The notes under the pieces are model-generated. The model saw only the letters and a list, made by a program, of their open reading frames with translations. It searched no databases and was not told where the DNA came from. From positions 69,502,001 to 69,566,000 of the forward strand of contig OX597816.1 in NCBI GenBank assembly GCA_951406725.2: DNA of 64,000 nt, read 5' to 3'. Numbering within the stretch: position 1 is the stretch's first letter; each line of letters opens with the position of its first letter. The stretch is from Octopus vulgaris. Taxonomy: Eukaryota. Position numbers and translations under genes: made by a program. Of the stretch, positions 1-11,860 are shown one piece after another.

Positions 1-438
1 TCACCACCATCATCATCGTCATCTTCTCCTTCTCCTTCTTCTTCTTCATCCTCATCATCATCGGCACCGTCATCTTCTTCTTCTTCTTCTACTTCTCCAC
101 CTTCTACCCCCACTAATGTCTTAAAGTATAACGCCTACGCAGCGACTGCCGGTCGCCACTGACCAGCCCAGATTTTCCCACTCCCACCCCCTCAAGAACT
201 CACAACGACCTCGAATACACAAGTGCAAACAAGGGAGTCAGAGAAAGGCAGAATGCCACATATATCTGAACACTACTATGGAAGTATTCCTTTAAAAAAA
301 CCTTTCTTCTAATTTTTCTAAATTTTTCTAAATTTAATTATTTAATCGTTACAGTTGAAAAGGTCTCAAAATGACCGAAACCGGTACTGAAAGATTCACT
401 ATAAAATCATCTTAGCATTTTCTATTTTTGACTTGTTT

Positions 439-443
<5 letters not shown>
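1..443 (+). mobile_element. Probable Penelope-like element 3' end / pLTR remnant (runs off window start)
   Basis: Pyrimidine-rich simple repeats, then a degenerate HHR motif at 351-390, ending directly in (TA)n. Same layout as the PLE at 5487-6712. Confidence 0.45.
351..390 (+). ncRNA. Degenerate minimal type I hammerhead ribozyme motif
   Basis: cag-TTGAAAA-ggtc(tcaaaat)gacc-GAAA-ccgg-TA-ctg. Stem I cag/ctg, stem II ggtc/gacc, palindromic stem III (accggt). Core has 2 deviations from CUGANGA. Confidence 0.5.
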
Positions 444-487
<44 letters not shown>

Positions 488-595
488 CATATATATACAT
501 ACACATATGTATAAATATACATATATATATATGTATATATACATATGTATAAATATATATATATGCATATGTATAAATATATATATATGCATATG

Positions 596-632
<37 letters not shown>

Positions 633-651
633 GTATATATATGTAGATATT

Positions 652-712
<61 letters not shown>

Positions 713-1316
713 CTATATATATACATATACATATCTATATATATACATATACATATATATTTATATATATATATCTTTAAATATATATATACATATATAT
801 ACATATCTATATATATACATATCTATATATATATATATACATATCTATATATATATACATATCTATATATATATATATACATATCTATATATATATACAT
901 ATACATATATACATATACATATATATATATATATACATATACACATATATACATATACACATATATATATACATATACACATATATATATATACACACAT
1001 ATACATATATATACATATACATATATACATATACATATATATACATATACATATATATACATATATATATCTATATATATACATATCTATATTTATATAC
1101 ATATACATATCTATATATATACATATATATATATATATCTATATATATACATATATATCTATATATATACATATATATCTATATCTATATATATATACAA
1201 ATACATACATACATATGTATATATACATATATATATCTATATATATATATACATACAAATACATATATACATATGTATATATACATATATATATATATCT
1301 ATATATATATATACAA

Positions 1317-1362
<46 letters not shown>

Positions 1363-1365
1363 TTA
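444..1365. repeat. Compound (TA)n/(TACA)n microsatellite
   Basis: Directly visible; source of spurious YI-rich ORFs. Confidence 0.98.
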
Positions 1366-1525
1366 TTTATTTATTAGATAAATATTAATCATTAAAAAAG
1401 AGATAAAGCACGTAGAATATGACACACGCAAGGTAAACACCCTTTCATCAGATGTTGACTGAAGGTAGATCAAGGCAATTTCGGCACACTGATACACGCA
1501 TATATATATACTTACTCATACAGCT

Positions 1526-1665
1526 GTATGTATGTATGTATGTATGTATGTATGTATGTATGTATGTATGTATGTATATATGTATGTGTGTATGTATGTG
1601 TGTATGTATGTATGCATGTATATATGCACGTATGTGTGTATGTATGTATGTATGTATGTATGTAC
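1526..1665. repeat. (TATG)n microsatellite
   Basis: Directly visible. Confidence 0.95.
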
Positions 1666-1995
1666 ATTTGCGCGCGCCTGTGTGCGTTTGAGCGTGCGTG
1701 TATGTGTAAGATGACACAGTTTTAGATATATATTCATACAACTTAAATGGTTCAGAAGGAGAACTGTATTGATGTATAAGTACCAAGTGTTTGCAGCTAC
1801 TTGAGTCAACAAATTTATGCCGTTAGGTGTTGTTATACCGTTTCGATATAAAGATCAGTGCATCTATGGCGTTTAAGGTAGGTATTGTGTTTGAATTTCG
1901 CGGGAGAAGAATGTTTCGGCATTTTTCCTCCTTGTTCCATATTATATATAGTGAAAAAGAATGGCAGTTTATCTATTAATTTTATTTGTCTCAAA

Positions 1996-2225
1996 GGCGG
2001 CGAGATGGCAGAAACATTAGCACGCCGGGCGAAATGCTTAGCGGTATTTCGTCTGCCGTTACGTTCTGGGTTCAAATACCACCGAGGTCGACTTTGCCTT
2101 TCATCCTTTCGGGGTTGATAAATTAAGTACCAGTTACGCACTAGGGTCGATGGAATCGACTTAATCCGTTTGTCTGTCCTTGTTTGTCCCCTCTCTGTTT
2201 AGCCCCTTGTGGTTAGTTAAAAATA
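1996..2225 (+). mobile_element. SINE family A (tRNA-like head plus Meta-like domain GAGGTCGACTTTGCCTTTCATCCTTTCGGGGTCGATAAA)
   Basis: More than 10 copies in the window; B-box-like GGGTTCAAAT; diverged TSD aattttatttgtctca / aattttatctatctca. Confidence 0.85.
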
Positions 2226-2341
2226 AAATTTTATCTATCTCATTGATGCACCATGTAATTTATTAACATATAGGCTGAAATATTACTGGTTAAATTGGCT
2301 TTATTCGCTATTGTATTGTTGCTGTTATTGTTGTTGTTCTT

Positions 2342-2826
2342 CTTCTTCCAATCAAGACTCATGTCATTAGCCACAAAGTATAATCTCTTATTCGAGCCTA
2401 CTCTGAGCTACTAAGAATGCGTGTGGCAACTTGAAGATCCACCCACCACACGCGATAGACTGGCGGTTGCACGGGCGCGATAGCTTCGTTGTTATCCTCA
2501 TTCCGTTAACGGTGGCTTTTAACGGGTGGAGAGCTGAATTTTTCTGGAGTACAGAGGATTCGCAATGTAGACTAGGGTCTGAAAATTTACCACACCATAG
2601 TGGGTTACACCATGGATCCTCTGCTTTGTGGCAGAAGTAGGAAGAAAGAATGAAAAAGTTGTGGTGAAAGAGTACAGCGGGGTTCATCACACTCCCCCGC
2701 CAGAGCGCCGTGGAGCTTAAGTGCTTTCGCTCAATAAACACTGACAATGCCCGGTCTGGGAATCGAAACCGCGTTCTTACGACCGTGAGTCCGCTGCGCT
2801 AACCACTTGGCCATTGCGCCTCCACT
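2342..2826 (-). mobile_element. SINE family C, tail type 1 (tRNA-derived head)
   Basis: Reverse strand begins GTGGAGGCGCAATGGCCAAGTGGTTAG...GGTTTCGATTCCC (A/B boxes); homologous to 50441-50912 in opposite orientation. Confidence 0.85.
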
Positions 2827-5419
2827 GTTGCTGTTGCTGCTGCCATTGTTATTAATGGATATATATATGGTTAGATGGCATTATTGCATTCTACGACACT
2901 GTTCACCTAGGAAATTCTCAGATTATCTCCGACGCCAACCAAGGGCTTGGAGGGACTTTTTCTAATTGAAAAAATTATGGTTAGTATTCTCTTTTAAATA
3001 CAGTGTAATATATTAGCTTTAACTTTATTAGTGATATTTATCTTGCATGGTGTTTATTTACTAAAGTTAACTGCATTTATGTAGATCATGTGGCAGATCC
3101 TCTAGCTGCTGGCTTTTCCCTCGCCTTAATGCTCGAAATGTCCGCTATTTCAGCTGCTCCAATGTGCTTTCAACAGATGCTTTTTGTGATCCGAGGACAG
3201 AATGTTAAATCATCAAGGGAGACATCAAAATCCTCCGGTGCTCTTACATCGCTTCTTGCGAACACTTCCACTAAGATAACTGCAAATATACGCATGCCTG
3301 CATGAAATCAGATAAGAAACGCACTAGCTGCACTCCGTCAAATACAGAAATATGGTTATGTTGCTTGGTTTCGTATCTAACGCCAAGTCTTAGGTCGGAT
3401 AATACAAAATTCTTCTTTACCACAGCAAAAATGCTCCATAAACGTTCTTGGTGATTGCAATTTCAATAGATCTCATCAAGTAACAATTTCATTGAGTTTA
3501 AACTTAAATTTTTTTTATCTAATTTATATTTTATTATGCTAGTTTGTCATGCAAAATAACATATTTAGTCCGATATTTTTGGTTTGATGATGCCCATCAA
3601 CAATTTCTCCCACAAAATATATTTGTGAAGATAATCTAAATTAACCTGTCACAAACATCTTTTCTATGTAACTAACCACCTTGAATATAGAAGGTTCGAC
3701 CCTGTCTGTGTCTGTTAACTTAATGAAAATTCTATTTAAGTTGGAGTTGGAGAACCAAATATTGTTTCGCGAAATTGAGACTGATTATTTCAAAAATCCT
3801 TTGAAACCAGTCAGACAATTCGAAATACCTGAGCAACATAGCTACATTTTTAAACCTATAACTTCCATCAGCGATGACCACACAACCCTGTTTAATTTCG
3901 TTTAGCTGCAAGAAGTATTAATATTCGGAGTGGTTCAGGGGAAGCACGTGCAAGAAAGCTTCTGAGACAATATAATTTCTCAAAGGACTTAGTGTCCTGA
4001 AGTCATCCACCGAGTGACCTTGTTTCCACGCTTATTCACACATTCTACTCTCACTATTTCTCTTGTTTATTCATAGAAAATGCTTTCAACAATTCGCTTC
4101 CTTTTGTGTGGGTATTTGCTATCATTGGTTATCTTTTTCTTCATGTATTTGGTTTTAGTTCCTGAATTCTCTCGACTTCCATTTCGAGAGTGCGTGGTTC
4201 TTATATCGTTTGTTTTCCAAAGAGAATTTCACCTTAATCTGCATATAACCTTCTAATATTGTATCCATCAGTAGTCTTTTGTTTGCAATCTTTTAGCAAG
4301 TGCGTTTCCACATTCTCTCAGTTTCTAACTTCTTGTTCATGATGTTTGTAATTTTATGAACTTCAACTCCTTTTGGTTTTCCGGAACTTGCTTTTTTCTG
4401 TTGGCGCTGTTCTTAATATTCGTGTTAGAGTAATAGACTTGTTGTTATTATTATTATTGTTATTGCTCCATACTGTTGTACTTGTTTATCATAATCAAGC
4501 ACATCCAGCAAGCTCAAATCATTCTTCTTAAATATATTAGATTGGTTAAATTTTCGACTTTTAGATAGCTTTATTCTCTGAAATAAAAAGGTAATATCTC
4601 ATCCAATTTCGTTGCAAGTAGGGATATATGAAGAAAGTAAATACTCCGACTAAAAAAGAAATGGTAGGCAAATGAAAGCTTCATATTTTTTGAAGCTGGA
4701 TGAATGAAGTTTGTAGGGATATATGAGAGAAATCTTGTTGTTACCGATTTTCCTTCAGTCATGATTTCACTCATGTTCTTGTCGTTATTATTGCCAATAC
4801 TATTGCAGTTTCTTCAACTTTGTTGATAACATTGTGGATTAACGAAATGATATAAGGGACTAATGTTGTAAATACCACAACAATTGCATTATACTGAATT
4901 TCTAACTTTTACCACCATCAGTATGGAACCTAGTTCGTCATTTTAACACGTTTTTGGTTCTCAGTAGTATTTTGGATGCCATACGAGTCTTCAGCAATTT
5001 TCCATAGAAATATCCCCGAAACTCTACTACCTACTACAATCTGATAGCCAACAATTCCCCATGTCATTTCCTAATGATCGAATGACGCATTCACTTTGGA
5101 ACATCCTCGACCTATGGCAGTAGGGACAAGGGGAAATTGTGGGTTACAGGAGTAATTCTCTCTACTCCCTAAATTAGAAAAAAAAAATCAATGCTTCAAA
5201 TGGTTTCAAATATTTACCTTTTCTTGCCCAGAAAATGAAAATGGTACCTACAAATATTTCAAGTGTTTTTCTGTTTAATCCAGGAGTATCATGCTCAAAC
5301 ATTTATTTGTCCTTTGTATTTATTCATTCGACATATATATGATAATTTGTATATTCAAGTGAGTGATTACAGTTTTTTCGCTATTGTTGTACTGATGTTA
5401 TTGTTGCCATTGTTGTTAA

Positions 5420-5488
<69 letters not shown>

Positions 5489-5561
5489 TCAACATTGCCA
5501 AAGCAAACCTACCAATCATTGCCCAAATAATGAATTAAAAGACATAATCACGGATCGAGCT

Positions 5562-6041
5562 ATGGTGCTTAGTAAAAGACAGCCTAAAAACTTGAAAACA
5601 TTACTAACAAAGGCAAAATTTGACCTTAGCAACAAAGACCAAACATTCACGGTATCTAAATGCAATGATAGCCGATGTGGCACATGCCAATTCATACATA
5701 CCGGTCAATATATAAACACAAAAAGCGGGAAAATATTCACAAACCCGAATATGAACTGCAAAAGCAGAAATTTAATTTACTGCATCAAATGCCCAAATTG
5801 TGAAGAAATATATGTAGGTCAGACGGGAAACGCACTATTAGAACGCTCACGTGTACAACGGCAACAGATTAGAGACCCAGAGGTCCGTCAGATACCTTTG
5901 AGTAACCACCTAGCAACATGTGGCCGGAAAATGTATATAATATTTCCGTTCTACAAATTACACAGCCCAAGTGAAATCGAGAGGAGAATCAGAGAAAAGA
6001 ATTTTATTGATAAATTCGAACCCAAGCTAAATAAGCAATAA
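5562..6041 (+). pseudogene. GIY-YIG endonuclease domain of a PLE polyprotein (Neptune-like Cys motif), RT missing
   Basis: Motifs CNDSRCGTC, NLIYCIKCPNCEEIYVGQT, LSNHL and C-terminal REKNFIDKFEPKLN. In-frame TAA just upstream, so a fragment. Confidence 0.88.
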
Positions 6042-6354
6042 TAATAATACTTAGAGGTACTGCTTCCACTGCTACGACCATGACCACTGACAACAACAAC
6101 AATACTAAAGGTGATCAAGATGAAGATAGCAGGAAAATTATCTTATTTAGGGTTAAAAGTTCTATTGCCACCACCATCACCACTAGCAACAATAATTAAG
6201 GTGCTGACAAAGATGATGATGACAATTGAAATATAAAAATATAAAAATCTCTGACAAAGGATATTTACAACATTTCTAAAAATAACCCAACAATTGCTGC
6301 TTTGGCCAGGGTCAAGATACAGGACTCTTGACATGTCCAACAAAGCGTGATGCC

Positions 6355-6475
6355 TAAACCAATCAGCTCAACCAACCAATCAGCTTAAGTAATTGAGTGA
6401 TACTACACACTGATTGGTCAGAATACAGTTTGCAAAACCTAGCACTCTGGAGCCTACCCAGCTGTATTTATAGCA
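6355..6475 (+). promoter_or_regulatory. Possible pLTR promoter (CCAAT boxes and TATA-like)
   Basis: CCAATCAG twice, a reverse CTGATTGG, and TATTTATA about 70 bp upstream of the HHR motif. Confidence 0.3.
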
Positions 6476-6534
6476 CAGAATCAATCATCTTGCTACAGTC
6501 AAAAATTGTGAAGCACGACTGTCACCACTACTAC

Positions 6535-6581
6535 TTGAACCCGAAGATTGCAGAATTCAATGCATGAAAGTACTATTTCAA
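6535..6581 (+). ncRNA. Minimal type I hammerhead motif in PLE pLTR
   Basis: ttgaac-CCGAAGA-t-tgca(gaattcaa)tgca-t-GAAA-gtac-TA-tttcaa. Palindromic stem III (agtact); stem I ttgaa/ttcaa. Confidence 0.7.
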
Positions 6582-6724
6582 TCAGAATGAACATTTAACA
6601 TTCTACTATTTCATTTTATTTTATTCAATTATAATATATTATCTTATAATATATCATTATAAGATTGTGAATAAAACGTGAAAATCAGACAAGGTTGGAA
6701 TTCCTTTTATTAATATATATATAT

Positions 6725-6759
<35 letters not shown>

Positions 6760-7975
6760 TTTATATTTATATGCATGTATTTATATATATATATATCTGT
6801 GTATGTGTATGGTGTGTGAACTTTACGGTATGTTGTGTGGTGTATGTGTGTATATGTGTATACATATATGCATCCAAATATACACATATGCATATAACTA
6901 AGTATCTATACATACGCACACATACAGTTATATACATACATAGTCATATATATATATATTCATACACGCATCCATCCCTCCATCCCTTCGTCTATCCATA
7001 TATACATCCATCCATACATCTATGCATACATACATACATGCATACATACCTACATAGACAAAATGGAATTTTAACCAAAGATGAGATTGACAAAATGTAA
7101 TGCATTGTTCTTAAACCTTTCTTTCGAATAAAAGTTTTTATGGTATTTCTTTCAGCCAGAGTTACCCATACACACCACGGTCTTTTAAATCATGCAAAAA
7201 ATAGTGAGAGAGAATGTTTAGAACGTTGGAAACTTATAACCAACGGACATATTCACAGAATTCAATATCGAAATTTAAGTAGTTACGACAAATATTTGAT
7301 ATCACTGAACAAGTTTTAAAATATTTCACAAGAGATATACGATATTGATTATAGACATGAATATGCTGTAGATGAAAGAAGTTTTGGGTCATTAAAACTT
7401 CTTAGTGTCCTTGTATATACGGTGGAGTGGTTTCACTAACATACAGTAAGCTATACAAAAAACAATGACAATATCAACTTCTAAGTTGTCATCAGTTTGA
7501 CATTGTCGAAGACATCATGGCGTATGTGGAATAATTCCATGCAGTAAGTAGTCTTAAGCTGAGAGCGGGGTGGACATTAGGTATTCACACTTCAACAAAG
7601 GAATCCCGTTACTGTTCTTGCTTTATTTCTTTTCTTTTTTTTTTCTTTCAAAGGAAAGGAAACAAAAATGTTCTCTAATGAGCACTGTGGACTGGAAATA
7701 AAGATAGAGATACTATGCAAATGATTACAGATGCGTAGATATGTAGACAGAAAAGCATAGTAAATCTTGAATTTACTGTCAATTATAAAATGATTCAAAA
7801 GTGTATAGACAAGTTCTCACAATACGAAAATGTCACGTTTTTAGCCTAAGCTGCTTTCCGAGCATGTATTTTTAATATAAGAAGAATAAGGAATATCTGG
7901 AATGTAGTTAAGAAATGTAGTTAGAATACAAGGACATAGGTACACACCTGCGCACAATAACACACATATACGCAT

Positions 7976-8206
7976 TCATATGTATGTATGTATGTATGTA
8001 TATATATATATATATATATATATCCGTGTAATATGTTTATGTGTGCGTGTATATACATATATGTACACACACAGATATATATATATATATATGTACATGA
8101 AATGTATATATATCAGGAGTACATATATGATGCAGGTATATGTATATATGTACATATATATATATACACCTGCATCATATATGTACTCATGTGTGTGTGT
8201 GTGTGT

Positions 8207-8245
<39 letters not shown>

Positions 8246-8410
8246 ATTATGTTTTGCATGAATCTATATGCATATGCTCTCAAATGGATATATTATATGT
8301 GTCTGTGTATGTGAGAGGGAAAGAAAAAGAAAGAGATTATATGTGTGTGAGACTGCCAGCGTGTTTGTGTGTATGTATGCGTGTGTGTACGTTTCTGTGC
8401 GTGTGTGTGT
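7976..8410. repeat. Compound TA/TG/CA microsatellite region
   Basis: Directly visible. Confidence 0.9.
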
Positions 8411-8549
8411 AGATATAAATAAAATGTACAAAATGTGTTAAAAGTTTTGGCGAAAATTATAAATTGAAACAGAAAACTTAGGATGTAAATGGTTACTTGC
8501 AGAATAAAAAATAAAATGTCCAAAACTGATACACGAAAGTAGGTATAAA

Positions 8550-9170
8550 AATTTCGAATATTAAATAAATGTAAAATATTCTAAAATCCGAATTTAAACT
8601 TAAGAAAATCTAGGAAGAAAAGTTTCTTTTCAAGTGCGTTAACAACGCTCTCATGTATATATATGTACGTACGCAAGATTCCTTTTATAATGCGTAATAG
8701 TAGAGATAAACGAAAAAGAGAGAAGCAAAAGTATAACACCAAATGAAAGTGAGGAAGGGAATAAGAATAGGAAAAAAACACATAAAACAGAATAAACAAA
8801 AATAAGAAAAAGAGGAAAGGAAGGGCGAATTATGATAGGGAGAGACGGGAAAATGGTTAAAACGGAAAATTGGCAAATCAATGAATAAATGAACTGGGGA
8901 TAAGTAAAGAGCAACCACAAGAGAAAATTAAAGTTAAATTCAGAGACGCCAAAGACTGGGTCGAGGCAAATAAAAATATTAATCTCAGCCATAACACCCA
9001 GTACTGGTTCTCCCGACAGTCAGCTGTAGTTGTTGAAGAAACGAAAGAAAATATCACATAACACAATTCGTAGGAGATAAAGGCTGTGCCACCTAAACCT
9101 GAAGAGCTACTTTTCATTTACGAGCCCACGATAAATGCATGAAGCCGCATGAAACTGTTATACCTAATAA
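8550..9170 (-). mobile_element. Possible old PLE 3' remnant
   Basis: Minus-frame DCRENQYWVLWLRL resembles a GIY-YIG C-terminus and is followed by a pyrimidine-rich UTR; weak. Confidence 0.3.
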
Positions 9171-9182
9171 TATGCATTTATA

Positions 9183-10460
9183 TTGGGTTGGCAACTAATT
9201 TCCCACCGTTTTTTTTTCAATTTTGGAATTTATTGCGTTTTTAAATTTTGGAATCTATTTTTTTCGAGAATTCTATTTTTGAATCACTTTGGAATCTATT
9301 TTGTATTTTTTTTCTTTTTAATTTTAGTTAATTTTAATTTATTTTCAGATCATTAAAATGGAATATGAAGTTAAGAAAAACGAGCATTTTCGACACCGTC
9401 TTCTTTTTGCTTTTAATCAAGGTTCTAAGGCTGCAAAAGATGCTCGCGACATTTGTGCTGTGTATGGAGAGAATGCCATAGCTGACAGAACCGCTCGTGA
9501 TTGGTATGTCAAGTTCAAAAATGGAAATTGTGACCTCAAAGACGCACCTCGTTCTGTCTGTCCAGTTGAGTTCAATGAAGGGCGATTAAACGAACTATTG
9601 AACGAAAATTCTTGTCAAACAACAAAGGAAGCGGCAGAGAAAATGGAATGCTCCCACACTGCTAGGGTGAAGTATCTTCTCTCGATGGGAAAGGTTCAGA
9701 AGTATGGAGCATGTGTTCCGCATGCTTTAAGTGACAACAACAAAAATCAACGAGCCACAATCTCCGCTGATTTGCTTGCTCGTCACCGCTCAACTCATGG
9801 ACAGAAGCAACGATTTATTACCGAATCGTTACTGGCGACGAAATATGGTGCCTGTACATCAATATGAAACAGCATAAGGTATGGCTTAGCGCCGGTAAAC
9901 AAGCGACACCGTGCATGAAACAAGATCTTCATCCACGTAAAACGACGTTGTGCGTCTGGTGGGATTGGGAAGGTATCATCCATTACGAATTGCTTCAACG
10001 GAACCAGACGGTCAACAGATGGAACCAGTCAACACTGCTATTCAAGAGAAAAGACTTAATCGGCAGCATGGAGTTCTTTTGCTGCACAACAGCGCCCGCC
10101 CTCATATCGGCAATATGACCAAGGATTCCATTCCGACGCATGGCTGGGAAGTGCTGCCACACCCAACGTACTCTCCAGATTTGGCACCAACGGATTTCCA
10201 CTTCTTTCGATCTACTTCAAATGCTATGCGCGGAGTTTCGTTCAATACTGATGGAAAATTAAGAGTTTGGTTGGATCAATTTTTCAAGTGGAAATCGGGT
10301 GACTTCTACCACCGAGGTATTGAAAATTATTTTAAACGTTGGGAAGAAGTTGTAAATGACAAGGCTGAATACATTATTGATTAATTAATTGTTATCTTTT
10401 ATTCAACCTTTTAAAAAATTTTAATTTAAAAAAACGGCGGGAAATTAGTTGCCAACCCAA
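9183..10460 (+). mobile_element. Full-length mariner (DD34D) DNA transposon, non-functional
   Basis: TIRs ttgggttggcaactaatttcccaccgttttt / aaaaacggcgggaaattagttgccaacccaa, TA on both sides, about 1.28 kb. Confidence 0.95.
9358..10384 (+). pseudogene. Mariner transposase pseudogene (frameshifted across three ORFs)
   Basis: HTH region, CVPHAL (WVPHEL-like), RIVTGDEIW after a frameshift, LCVWWD, HNSARPH (second catalytic D lost), YSPDLAPTDFHFF. Confidence 0.93.
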
Positions 10461-10590
10461 TATATATATATATATATATATATGGGCGGGAGAATCTCTA
10501 ATTTGGATGTACTTGGGGTACATAATTGTGCTCATGGCTTAGTTTTTGCTTCTTCCATGGGTATGAGTAAGTATCTCATTTGTTTCTTTG

Positions 10591-10662
10591 CCACATTTAT
10601 TACTGACGAAGGGAGGGTTCTTACGAAATAACCCTGAAATCGGTCCGATTTGGTAATAATGG
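10591..10662 (+). ncRNA. Hammerhead-like motif in a short PLE-type module (about 10482-10797) between (TA)n tracts
   Basis: ttatta-CTGACGA-agg-g-agggtt(10 nt)aaccct-GAAA-tcg(gtc)cga-TT-tgg-taataa. All three stems are present, but with extra junction bases. Confidence 0.55.
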
Positions 10663-10795
10663 AATATTTTAGAGATTTTTGTCGACCTTTTTTTGAGTAG
10701 CGTGCATATTGTGAAAAATTATATGGTTATGGACAGGGTGTCTAATTTCGGCATATTTGGCATTAGAAAGTTTTTCGTTTGCCCTTATTTATAAG

Positions 10796-10828
<33 letters not shown>

Positions 10829-10868
10829 AACAGATGTATTAGTATAACGCTTAGGAATAGAAAAAGTA

Positions 10869-10902
10869 TTTTACGTTTCGAGCCTACGCTCTTCTACAGA
10901 AA
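10869..10902 (-). ncRNA. Minimal hammerhead variant (CUGUAGA core)
   Basis: Reverse strand: ttt-CTGTAGA-a-gagc(gtag)gctc-GAAAC-GT-A-aaa; nearly identical to 39167-39204. Confidence 0.6.
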
Positions 10903-10963
10903 GCGACACAGAAAAAAAAACAAGGAGAGAAAAAAATGTGTGTAGTGGCTAACGATCTATGCG

Positions 10964-10991
<28 letters not shown>

Positions 10992-10995
<4 letters not shown>

Positions 10996-11153
10996 GTTGG
11001 CAACTAAGTTCCCGCCGTTTTTAAGATTTTAATTTTTTAAAAGGTTTAATAAAAAATAACAACAAATTAATCAATAATCTATTCAGCCTTGTCGTTTACA
11101 ACTTCTTCCCAACGAGGTGCTTCTTTGAGGACACAATTTCCATTTTTCAACTT

Positions 11154-11158
<5 letters not shown>
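10992..11158 (-). mobile_element. Internally deleted derivative of the same mariner family (one TIR, truncated by (TA)n)
   Basis: TIR ttaggttggcaactaagttcccgccgtttt; translation [13 protein letters not shown]|[10 protein letters not shown] fuses N- and C-terminal transposase pieces. Confidence 0.9.
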
Positions 11159-11236
<78 letters not shown>

Positions 11237-11375
11237 GTTGCATGTATTTATTCATATATATAAATGTATGTATACATATGTGTGGGTGTATTTGCATATA
11301 TGTATTTATCTATCTATATACGCGCATGTGTTTACGAAAGATAAAATATATAACATTGGAAGCAATTTGTCTCAA

Positions 11376-11490
11376 TACTTATTCTACTGGTCTCTTTTGC
11401 CGAACCGCTAAGTTACGGGGACGTAAACACACCAGCATCGGTTGTCAAGCGATGTTGGGGAGGGGCAAACACAGACATACAAACACACAC
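11376..11490 (-). mobile_element. SINE family B, 3' half (5' half at 14897-15060)
   Basis: Matches the reverse complement of the 3' half of the intact copy at 29623-30029. Confidence 0.85.
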
Positions 11491-11622
11491 ATATATATAT
11501 ATGTATATAAATATACACACACATATATATATATACACACACACACACATATATATATACACACACACACACATATATATATATATACACACACACACAT
11601 ATATATATATACACACACACAC

Positions 11623-11653
<31 letters not shown>

Positions 11654-11817
11654 TATATATATATATACACACACATATATATATATATACACACACACAT
11701 ACACATATATATATACACACACACACATATATATATACACACACACACACATATATATATATACACACACACACACACATATATATATACACACACACAT
11801 ATATATATACACACACA

Positions 11818-11860
<43 letters not shown>
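11491..11860. repeat. Expanded (TA)x(CA)y compound microsatellite inside a family B SINE
   Basis: Directly visible. Confidence 0.95.

Larger units (their letters stand above)
5487..6712 (+). mobile_element. 5'-truncated Penelope-like retroelement (GIY-YIG endonuclease end, 3' UTR/pLTR and HHR), flanked by (TA)n on both sides
   Basis: Contains GIY-YIG ORF 5562-6041 and HHR motif 6535-6581; both junctions are in TA microsatellite. Confidence 0.88.

Noticed and set aside
412-1388. Long YI/HT/CV-rich ORFs (also near 11.1-12.0, 27.3-28.5, 45.1-45.6 and 56.6-57.5 kb)
   Set aside because: They are translations of TA/CA/TG microsatellites that lack stops by composition.
1430-1495. Minus-strand GAAA ... 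CTGATGA arrangement similar to the permuted hammerhead
   Set aside because: Stems II and III could not be paired convincingly; at most a decayed relative.
3900-4450. Possible degenerate non-LTR retroelement on the minus strand
   Set aside because: Only a faint resemblance across many stops; cannot be supported without a search.
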